64,000 bases of DNA from Podarcis pityusensis (Eukaryota). The notes beneath the pieces are model-generated. The model was not told the origin of the DNA. It worked only from the letters and a program-made list of their open reading frames with translations, and ran no database searches. The position numbers and the translations under genes are program-made. This document shows, one piece after another, positions 41,501-53,100 of the stretch. How positions within the stretch are numbered: the stretch's first letter is position 1; each line of letters begins with the position of its first letter. Location: NCBI GenBank assembly GCA_964106645.2, contig OZ067039.1. One strand, 5' to 3'.

Positions 41501-44134
41501 TGTGCTGATGAATGCCATATAGTGGAATCAACAGTGGAATGAAAAAAATGTGTACGCTGGGTCATATGTTGCATACCCCAAGGGTTTATTGCATATTCTG
41601 GTTACAGCAAGCAGTTCTGGGTGAAGTTGTGACTGCTGCATCAGTCTCCCTGGCCTGCCAGGAGCACATCATATCCTTGTTGAGATCCACCCATTGTAAG
41701 CAACTCTCTCTTTGTTTCTTTACCCTGGCAGTGCCCAGCGACCTGACCCCTGAGGAGCGTCAAGAACTCGAGAACATCCGCCGACGCAAGCAGGAGCTGC
41801 TGGCAGATATACAGGTATGTGGGGATAGGGGTGTGGGGTGCAGGAGGCCATGCTGAAGGTCCCAGGTTCAGTCTCTGGCATCTGCAGGCAGGGCTGCAAA
41901 ATTCCCTGCCGGTCAGTATAGACAGTATTGGAATTTGATGGACCAGTGGTTTTGACTGGGTCTAACGCGGCTTCTTAAGATGTGATCAAGTAATTGCTGG
42001 ATTAATGGGGTTTGTTTGTATGGCACAAGACTGACACAATACTTCCCACCAGGTCCCATTCCAAGGAAGGGTTGGTGGCTGTTTTGTAGCTTCCAGACTT
42101 GGTGCCTCTGTGTGTCCTGGCTTTCCCTCCTTCACCTCCTCTCTTTCGGGGCTTAACTGTTTTCAGTGCCGTGACTTTGCCCTGGAAATGTGACACACAC
42201 ACAAAAATAGAATGCCTTTGAGCACATGTAGACTTGCTTTACCTTGATCCTGAGTAGCCACAGTGGAAACTCCCCCCCCCCCCCACTCCCCAACACACAC
42301 ACCTTGGGTTAGCAGCAAGTGGTTCTTTGTGGACACGAAACCTTTGGCATTTCTTTCTTTGGATATTAAGTGCATGGCTATTCCTGCTCCTGTTCCCCCA
42401 GAGGATTCTGTGCACAGCAGCCCTGAGGCTCTGCACAGCAGGTGTCTTGGGCAAACGTCACTGCAGATCAGCAGCCAGGCACAGTTCTGGCCACCCCAGC
42501 AGGGGTTGGGGGGGTGAGAAATGGCTGGGGCTGGGGTCTGATTACCCTGTGCAGCTTCCATGTCGAAGGATCAAGTTGGTGGGGAGGGGCATCTCCACCC
42601 GCCTTTAGCCTTGACCTGTCAGGTTGATGTACCTTATGGACATGACAAGCTAGAAGGTGGGTTACGGATATAGGATTCTCTGTCGACCAGCCCCACCTCC
42701 CAGTCAAACCTGTTCCATCTTTCCCATATAAGGAAAGATGCTGTAACTAGCCAATATTGGTGCAGACCTTTAAGAAGATGGGGGTACGCCTTCCAAAGTG
42801 ATGCCGGGAGAACATCCCCTTCCCTGCGTCCCACTCCTTCCGTGCCCTCAGAGGCAGTAAGTCTCACCCTCCCCTTGGCTCTGACATGGGCTGCCTGTTC
42901 CTGTGGCAACTTGCTCACGGGTGCTGGGCTTGGCAGGGCTGCTCATCAGTCCTATCAGCAATAAATAAGGCAGTAGGAGAGGCTAATCACTGCCATATGC
43001 TGGACACTTCCTAATGAGATTAGCCCAGTAATTGTGTTAGCCCCAGGGGCTTGCTCTTCTTCCTTCCTTCCTAGAGCTCAGCATGCTGATGCCTCCCACA
43101 GATTGGCATCCATAGCCCAGCCTGCCTCTGAGCCAAGACAGGCAGACAGGCAGGCTTCTCTCTGGTATTCATTTCCCAGGGCAGTGGGTGCCTGCAGCTG
43201 GCTTCAGCTATATCTGATGAGTCTCTGAAGAAGGGAACAGGGTTTCCCCTTACGCAGGAAGGGAGAGGTTCTGTTGTTGAACCCTGCTTCCTGAGTCTCC
43301 GTAAGCCTCTACCTTGCAGGCTCCTGGATTTTTGCGGAGAAGTCAACTTGGCAAGTCTTTCCTCTGCTCTCTATGCATTACTTCTCCCTCTGCCCAACCC
43401 AACTGATCCTCAAACCTAGATTAATGAGCATGGGGAAAGGCATAAGAGGACAGAAAAAGCTGGAGTAATAATTCCAAGGTGTTCTTTTTTAAAAAAAAGT
43501 TCCCCCCAAGAGCCCCACTTGATGGTGTGCTCATTCCCCTGCCTTTCTTCTCCTCTGCAGCGTCTGAAAGATGAGATAGCAGAGGTCACTAATGAAATCG
43601 AGAACCTGGGCTCTACAGAAGAGAGGTGAGTGGTGCTTCTGCTGGAGGAATGGGGAAGGTGATATTTTGGGGGGCTTTCTCAGAATAGAAGTAGGGAGAA
43701 ATAAAGTAAGCAGAAACCTGCACAGCAGAGCTGGCATGAATTCTAACATTAATGGATATTCAGGGTCAAATCGGCCCACTGAAAACAGAAGACAACCCCT
43801 TCTACCAGGAGCAATACTTGAACGTCAGTCCAGATAACGTTGCACATTTCATGCTGTGGATGAAACAATATCTAAAGGCAAACAAGAGTTTAAACTTGAA
43901 GAATAACCCCAAAGACTTATCGGAGACCCATTCATATGCCCAGTAAAAATAGATTTCCCTATTTTGCTGACTTCAGTTGTCTGAGGAATGGGATTCCCTT
44001 GGTCTGGATTCCATCACACTTGTGTTGAGAATTGACATTTTAATCCTATTTACATTTGAGGCCTATATGCTGAGCCTCTAGCCTGTCAAAAAAAAAAGAT
44101 CATACTAATCTATTGAGAAGAATGGGGTGACAGT

Positions 44135-44178
<44 letters not shown>

Positions 44179-47100
44179 CTGGCTGGCTGGCTGTAATGTT
44201 CAGTCTCTTTAAGTAACCATGTGGAACGAAAAGCTCCCAGGCTGTTTTGTCATCAGGGATCTCTGGCCTGGTCTGTTCCACTAAAGGCTCTAGGTTTTGT
44301 CTTGCCCAGAGTCGTCCCTCCCACCCCCCAAAAAACTCCTTTTCTAGGACTGGTCTTGCTTCCCCATCTGGCAGCAGGTTCCCTGTCTCAGGCAGTTAAC
44401 TCTGAACTGAGGCAGATGGAGTCACCAACAGATTAGGCGGCCCAAATTGTCAATGGAAACTGACATGTGACGTCTCTTTCAATCACTCAGTGTGGCTTCC
44501 TTTGCCCATCCCTGGGGACACCAGGCCCTTGTCATGTAGGGCATCCCAGGAGGCTTCCTCCTCCTCTTCCACAGTATATGGTCTCGAGATCAGTCTGCTG
44601 GTGTGCCAGTTCCCTGCTGTAGTCTCCATTTTAGTGCTGGGAAGACATCCAAGTTCCACCAAAACTTAGCTGGAGTGGCGAGAGGTCTTCATTATTTCGT
44701 GGGGTAGAGAATGTATTTCCTTGTGTTTAGAAACTTAGGCTTGCCGCTAGTAGGGGAGGGGTTTGTGCATGTGCGATGCACCCTGTCCGATAGGGGAATG
44801 GAAAGTGCCTCATTGCCTAGCCTGCCTATGACTAAGATGTAGGGAGGTGGAGCATTGATGAAGTGGCACAGCCCCATGCTGCTCCTTGGTGGGGGTGTCT
44901 CTAACCCAAATCTTTTGTGCCTTCTAGGAAAACCATGCAGAGAAACAAGCAGGTGGCGATGGGCAGGAAGAAGTTCAACATGGACCCTAAGAAGGTAATC
45001 AACACTTCCTTACTATGGAGCTGGCAACAGGTGTTGTCCAGGGACCACCACAAGGTCCCTCATTGCAGGCAAACTGGCTACTGACTTGTGGACTTGGCAT
45101 GGTGTTGGGATACTCAGGTCTCAGGGTGACTGATCCTGGCTAATGGTTAGAAATGCCCAAACAGACACATGTGCTCCTAGGGAAGGTGGAGCTAGTTGCG
45201 GGCCAGTAAGCCACTGGTGCAAATCTCACATCAGCCACGAAACTCATTAAATGGTCTTAGGCAAGCCACTATTTTTTTAACCGCAGGCTCCCTCACCTGC
45301 AAATACAGCCTGCCTTTAGGGCTATTGTAGGCACTACTAAGAAGGTTTGCATGAGACACAGCTTGACCATTTCAAATCTACTATCTGCATTCTATGCATT
45401 ATTGGAGGTGTTTTGGGTTCCTGTACCTGTGTGTCCTGTGCAGGGGCAAATGCAGAGAGACACCCTCTTCTTTCTGTGCTTGCAGGGAATCCAGTTCCTG
45501 ATAGAGAACGACCTCTTGAAGAACACCCGCGATGATATTGCCCAGTTCCTCTACAAAGGGGAAGGGCTCAACAAGACAGCCATTGGCGACTACTTGGGTG
45601 AAAGGTAATGGGAGAAGGGAGCTCTGGGGCTTGGTCTTCCTTTATAGCCACTACCATAATGGACTTTGGTTCCTATCTCTCATGGGCATTCAAGAAATGG
45701 GAAAAGAACTTGGGATCCCAAGAGATCTCTTGCCAGTGCTCCATTGTTTCGAGTTTCCCATGTGGACTGGCTGAACCGGAGTTCATAGTCAGGACCTTGT
45801 TAGCATCCTTGGCTAATTGGAGGGTTTCTGTGCCCTGAACCAAGCTTTGCTTACCAAGTTGCGGGGGACAGCTGAGGAATGCCAACTGAAATTGTGAATA
45901 TTTAAACTGTGTGGGACTTCAGGATCATTCTCGCTGCAGCTGGCCAGTACTGGGTACTTCAGCACTGCATAACACCTAAAGCCTTGAAATAACTTGCCTG
46001 TGCTCTGAAGCTTCTTGGAAGACTTCTGGTAACTTCTTAAGAATAGACACCAGGCCATCTTAAAGGCCCAGAACTGACAGATTGAAAACTGAATATTTTG
46101 CATTCATGCAGAAGGTCCAGTTCCTGGCATCTCCAGGTATAATGATCCAGGATTGGGTAGCAATTAAAATGATGAGGGATTGGGTAGCAAGTCACGACAG
46201 AGAACCTTCTCTACATGTATTTCCCTGGAGAAAGACTGCCTGTCAGAATAGACCAGCGGTTCCCAAACTCTGGTGCATAGGCCACCAGAGGTCCACAAAC
46301 TTCATCCAGGTGTGTCTGTGGATTTGTAGTTAAAGATGGGAGGTGGCAACTCCATGGCATCAAACATTCATAATTGATTTTTAATTGCATTTTTAGTGCT
46401 TCCTCTATTCCTTACATTGTGTTTCGATTTTAATTCTGTGGACACAATAAAATACAATATATAAGAAATGAAAGGAGTAATAAAATACAATTAAAAACCA
46501 TACCGTGTCTAGCATGGCACATTGCAACAGCCAGAAAAATCATTAAGCGGTCTGCCCAGACCATCCAGTAGTCCATGCTGGGGTGGGGAAATGTGGGAAC
46601 CACTGGAACAGACCATATTGGACTAGATGGTGAGAGAGTCCCACCTGGGATAAGGCAGCTTCCAGGCCAGGCCAAGAGGAGAGCCCAGTTCTTGGCAGCA
46701 GCAGTGGTTTGGCAGCTGTATGGGAATGGTGAGTTTGGTCGCTCTCACATGTTCCCCTATTCTTTTGCCTCCTCACAGAGATGATTTCAATATCCAGGTG
46801 TTGCACTCATTCGTGGAGCTGCATGAGTTTACAGACCTCAACCTTGTCCAGGCACTGCGGTGAGTGGCAGCAGGATGTTTGTGAGTGAATCACAGGTGTG
46901 TCCTTTTTCTCTTTTCCTGCACGGAAAAGGCAAGAAGAGGACATGTGTGGGCTTTGGGGCTCCCTAGGAAAGAGCAGTGGTTTGCAGTCCACACACAGAG
47001 AGGGAAATATGTGACTTGGAAGTCTCTGGCACATCACACAGCCCTTCTACCAAGGAATGTTACTTCTCTGGCAGCTTTGCTTACAGTCCTACTCAGCTTA

Positions 47101-50100
47101 GCTGACTATGTGCTCGTTTTCCCCGCAGGCAGTTCCTTTGGAGCTTCCGGTTGCCGGGCGAAGCACAAAAGATTGATCGGATGATGGAAGCCTTTGCACA
47201 ACGGTACTGTCAATGCAACCCGGGTGTCTTCCAGTCAACAGGTATGCACGAATTGACTAGCTGAACTCTGCAGGCAGCTAGGGTTTGGGATGCAGTTTTT
47301 CCTGGAGCATCCTCAGAGAGTTCACAGTTGGGTGCCTTCTGGCTCCCACTGCCAGATTTTCAGGCTTTGTTGCTTGGAAGTGGAGAAGGGCTGGCAAAGT
47401 TCTGTCCCATAGTTAAAAGTGTGGATTTTGCTCCCACAAGATGGAGAAATGGCCACCAACTTGGGATGGCTTGGAAAGACCCAGTTCACGGGTATAAGGC
47501 TATCAGTGGCTACTAGCCGTGGTGGCTATGTTCTCTTTCCACTGTCAGAGGCAGAATGCGTCTGAAAAGTAGTTCCTGGGAATCACAAGTGGGGAGAGGG
47601 CTTTTGAGCTTGTGTTTTGCTTGTGGTCATTCTGCAGGCATTTGGTTGACTACTCTGAGAACAGGATGCTGGACTAGATGGGCCTTTGGTCTGATCCAAC
47701 AGGGCTCCCCGCCGAGCCACCCACCCACCCCAAGATAGCAAACAACCCAACACAGAGCATGCATCCTGGGACTTGGTGACACTTCCTAGGCTACCCAATT
47801 GTCTGAGTTTGTGCCTTGGTAATGGATGGAGCCCAAAGGGCAGCCCATTCTGTGCTTGATCCATCCTTCACACCTTTCTCCACCCCAGATACCTGTTATG
47901 TGCTCTCGTTTGCCATCATCATGCTCAACACCAGTCTTCATAATCCCAACGTTAAGGACAAGCCGACAGTGGAGCGCTTCATTGCCATGAATCGTGGCAT
48001 CAATGATGGCGGGGACCTGCCCGAGGAGCTACTTAGGGTGAGCTTTGTGGGAAGGGAGTGGAAGTAGTGTTTGGAAATCACAGGACTGCGATAAGGGACA
48101 TGGGGGTGGCAGGTCATCGAAATATTGGAAGTTGCCTTTGTACCTGGTCGTATTTGTCCATCTAACCCACTATTGTCCTGTTGCGTCTTATCTGGTTGAC
48201 AGAGACTCTCTCCTGGGCCTCAGGCAGAGATCTTTCACATTGCCTGCTACCCGTTACTTTTTTGCATGTTAGATGTGGAGGATTTCACCCGGCACCTTCT
48301 GCATGCAAACGCTGGTCCCTTCCCAGGTTGGCTATTCCTCCTGGGAAGCAGGAGTTGGACTTGCACAGGCCCCCAATGCGTTTCTCTTCCTCCTACCAGA
48401 ATCTGTACGAGAGCATTAAAAACGAGCCCTTCAAAATTCCCGAGGATGATGGCAATGACCTGACGCACACTTTCTTCAACCCAGACCGTGAAGGCTGGCT
48501 TCTGAAGCTCGGTGAGTGCATCTGCGCAAGGTGCAAGGCCTCAGCCATGCGGAGCAGTGCAGCTGTCGCCATGGCATAGGCTGCAGGGAGCAGGGAGCTC
48601 GGCTGCAGTCTGGTGACTTCTTCGTTTTTGTTTTTTTTGCATGGGGCTCGGTGGCCACAATCCAGCACAACACATACCCATTGCCGAACTCAGGATGCTT
48701 TCCTAATCATCCATGCTTCAGCAGGATGTCCAGCAAGGGCAGTCTTGGTTGCAGTGCTCAGCGTCCCCTAATGGCTCTCTTAACTTGGGCACAGCCGTCT
48801 GGTTTCGGTGATTTGGTGGGTTGGGGTGCTTATGACAGTGAGGAAGACACATTGGTTTCATGGGCCCCAGGAACAGCAGATAAACTTGGGCTTTCTCTCC
48901 CTGGCTCCAATATTCTTAACCACTGTGGACTAAGCATTAGCCCAAGACTTGTCTGTGGTTCTGTGCTTCTCACCTGACATTGGAGGCTAGTCTCTGGCAT
49001 CACCTCCCACAACCCCGCTGTGTGCGCACCGGCAGTGCATGCATGGCACCTGCAAGGCATCCACCAGCCCACCAGCCTTTCCCTGCGCAGCCCTTGACCA
49101 TCTTTCTCCTGCTCACTCAGAATGTTTCAGTTGTCTTGCCAGGTTATGGCTGGAGCAGCTCCCTGGCTGGTTTGTTTCTCCCATTTCTCTCCCCACCACC
49201 TTTAGGGCTGTTTAAATCTCTTGGAATCTTCAAATCAAATTTGAAAGCACAAATCCTCTGAATATTCAAATTTGCAATCACTGAATCTTTAATGAAATAT
49301 GGCTAATGGAATTATTCATCTATGTTTGAATGTGTAACCATCCTCTTTTTGCTTGGAGCATTTTATGAAATAAAATGGAAACAGATGCTTTTGATTCCAA
49401 GGGATTGAGGGAGGATGCACACACTCGAGATATTCCTGGGGAATGATGTCTGAGCTGAGACTCTGTGCTGAGTCTGAACAACACACCTTTTAAATCGTGC
49501 CCTTTCTTTTCCTTTCAACCAAAGCCATGCAACAAAATGACAAAGGATTGATAGATATTGTTATTTAGAACACACGTTTTAATTATTTTAAAATAAGAGG
49601 TTGCATTGCATGGCAGTGGAGACAGCAATGAGGCTTGCTCACAAAGCAGACTTAAGGACAGGCTGCTAGGTGCACCATTACAGACATGGATATAACTTGA
49701 GAATATTTTACAGTTTACCATTTTAGACCTGCACGTAAGCAGCAAATATATGGTTGCTTGAAAACACAGTTGTATATTACAGTTGTGATTGTAGCAAAAC
49801 ATAAATTTTGTTTGCTGTGAAGTTTCCATTCTTTGTTAGCTATGTTTAGAAAAGATACGTGATCCTGAAGTTCAGCCAGAAGAGGAAGCCTAAGAGATAG
49901 TTTCATTTCGGACTTGGGAAGGATGTTTTCTGGCAAAAACGCCACAATTTTCTTCCCTACAGCCATAACTTCTTCCCTAACTCCAGATCCACCCAATGGA
50001 TAAACAAATGAAGACACAGAAAAGACACAGGACAAACACAGGATAACATACACCATAGCTGGCTTATCGTTAAATAAGCCTTGATTGAAACTCATGATCA

Positions 50101-53100
50101 AATCCTTTTTTCTATTTGTTTCAAACTCCAGCCCTCTTGTGTCTCAGTTCAGGAAGCATTCACCAGATCTATGTTGGTGTGTGTATCTGTGTCAGGTGCA
50201 AAGGTGGGGTGTGTGGGTTTGTTTGTTTTTAACACTGGATTTTAAAAATTGTGACTAAAAAACTGCAGGTACTAATGCAAAGAGTGCAGACATTGCAATG
50301 AGAACTCAGTTCAGCATGGCCTTTTCCAACTTTGGGAATTTCTCCTGTGGCTAGCTTTCTCAGAGGCAGTAGAAAGAACTGGCCTGAATCCTTTTCTTCG
50401 CAGATAAGTGAGCTTTTCTGCCTGAGCTGGGATGTTTGAATTGGGAATTCTAGGCTGCAGCTATATCCAAATTTAGGCCCCCTGGTTCCCAATACTACCT
50501 GTCCCTGTCCCCCATTACATGGGAAGGAAGTCCCCTTGATCCCTGCGGGACCATGTTGCTGACTTTATCACAAAATGCTAAATCTGCTGAGTTAGGAGCA
50601 ATCACTCAGACAGCATCCTGTGGTTTTACCCTTCCACTGAATGCCCAGGACTTGGTAGAGCTTTATTCTGGGATACAGTGCCGCAGGGTGGCGGCAGAAA
50701 ACAAAGACATGCCTAAAATCCTTGGAGAGTGAGATTAATTTGGCCCGTGAATGCGCCAAACTGCATTGGTAATCACCAGAGGCGATTCCTCGTGTGTACA
50801 CGATTTTGGGGGCAGGGGCCTTGGCTGTCTTCCAGCTGAATCCCAGCAGCAAATTGCTGATTGCTTCCGCCTGCGAATGATGCATGCCACCCCCACATGG
50901 AGGAGTCTGGGCTGCAGGCCACTTTAACAGCTGTCACCAGCCGTGGCACTAAAATTGCTAATTCTGTGACCAGGGAGCCGTTCCTGTGGCAAGCAAATTC
51001 CTGACGCTACCAGGATTTCCTAAGCTAGCAACAAGGACGAACCTATTTTTTTTTTGCCAGGAGTTCCTGGGGCTTTTGTGTCCTTGGCTTTGGCACCCTG
51101 ATGACCTCGAGGTGGGCACTCTCCTTCTTGGTATTCTAGCGGAGAGGGAGACCTGCACCACAACAGGAGAAACGTGGGCCTGGTTTTGGGAAAACCCCTT
51201 CTGCCAACCCTCTTTTCCCTAATGCTCAACACCTTTCATTAGCTTGGGCAGCGCCCCCTGCTAGCAGCAACTGGGGTGTGCGCCAAGGGCAGATTTGATA
51301 AAGTCCTTTGTTTTTTAATTTTCTTTTCTCCCTCATTTTGTATGTTTCCATGATTTTGGCACTGCCTTTCCCTGCCCTCCAAACTCCAGGAGGTACGTAC
51401 CCCCATATCCCCTCGCTAGCTTTGCCGGGGCCAGGGGTGTGCTGCCATGCTTCTTTATTTTTCTGTTCTTTCGTTCTTTTAAATTGCTGGTGATTATTAC
51501 TAGTCTTATCGCTGCTATTGCCACCGTTGCTAACTGGCTGCACAGTCCATGGGGAACTGGGGGACAGGTGGGATGGTGAGTGGGATGGGGGGGGGTGACG
51601 GGAAGGCGGAGTTTCCATGTCCTGTTTGGCCCATCCCTCAAAAAATTGCCCCAAAGAAGCTTCACAACATGGCCAGGTCTGAGCCTGGCAGTATCTCCCT
51701 CCCCAGCTTTGTCAGTACCCTGGATTTTTAGGAGTCAGAATCACATTGTAGGATACAGCGGTGAAGAAACAGCCTTTTGTCTGCCCCAAAGAGGCAGGGG
51801 GCAGGGAGGTCACTATGCCCCTCAAGAAGAAGCAGCTCCTCACGGCATGGACGTTGCTGTCCAGTAGGGCGCCTTTGCTTGAAAATGGCAGCGTGGCCAC
51901 ATCTCTCTGGGAACTGACACTGTGAATCTGGCCTGAGAAGGTGCATAGCCACTGAGCCTGGCTTGCTATTGCCAAGAAACTCTGCGTTCGCTGCTTAAGA
52001 CTGGATGCTTCCTGCTCCAGAAGGCCCAGCAGTGCAGCTACAGCGAGTGCACAGCTGCCATCATGAAACCATCCAGGCATTGGCGATGCCTTATTACCAG
52101 CCCTGCAGCAAGCAGCTGGCAAACCGCGGTTCCTTATCCCAGCAGGCATAGCTGTTCATGGTGGTGGGGTGTTCACGCATGGCTGCGCTGGTGCTACCTG
52201 CACTTACTGTACTTGCCCCATTATATTTCTGCAGGTCACATGACAAGCCCCACCCCCTGCCTCCCAACATACCCGCAGAACTTTCTATGCCCCACTGAAA
52301 GCTCTTCCCCTTGGGTTTCCCCCCCTTCCCATTAAGCTGGAAAAGGGGAAAGCTAGTATTAAGAGAAAGCTGCATTCCTTTCATGGAGACAATATCTCAA
52401 TACATTTCTGTTAAAGATTTCTCAACCTCTCTTCATTTAAAATAATTTCCAAACCAAGAGATAAAGTTTAGAACTGCAAAAGCCTGGTTATTAACGTAGG
52501 ACATTTGTCCTGAAGGGCCCTACGAATTCGCAGGCAGCAGAAAAATGGGGAGGCCTCTTGTAACAAGGACTAATGAAGTATTAATTGTGCTAAGCTGATG
52601 CATGTTGGCAGCCGCATGGCATTGGAGTCCCAGTTGGTGGAGGCCCAGAGAGCTAGGGAGGCGCTGGCAGCAGTGAGCTGTTAAGATCTTGATTGGGTAA
52701 CGCGTCATGGTTCTTACCAGTCCATTTATAACACTGTAAATCCTTTCCAATCCTTATCCCGCCTAACTCTGCAACAACCCTGTGGAGTAGGTCACTGCTT
52801 CCATTTTTAAGGGTAGGGAGGAGGAGGTGGAGACGGGGCCTTGGCCACTCAATGGTTCCATGGCTGATGAATCTTTTGTGCCATCCTCTGGAGAACATCG
52901 ACTCCCGCCATCATAAACGAAGGGAGAATGTTAATTTGTTTAATGTGATAGAATCACAGACTCGTAGAGTTGGAAGGGATCACTAGGGTCATCCAGTCTA
53001 ACCCCCTGCAATGCAGGAATGTTTTGCTCAATGTGCGGCTCAGACCCACTACTCTGAGATTAAGAGTCTCTTCCTCTATCCCAGATGTATTAGCCTAAAT

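Noticed and set aside
43752-43946. Protein-like [28 protein letters not shown] in intron 3
   Set aside because: No convincing splice sites in a compatible phase and no recognisable homology.
49849-49900. Possible alternative terminal exon (tttag|AAAAGATACG..., [14 protein letters not shown]) in the microexon intron
   Set aside because: Weak acceptor with a competing upstream AG and no supporting homology or poly(A) signal.
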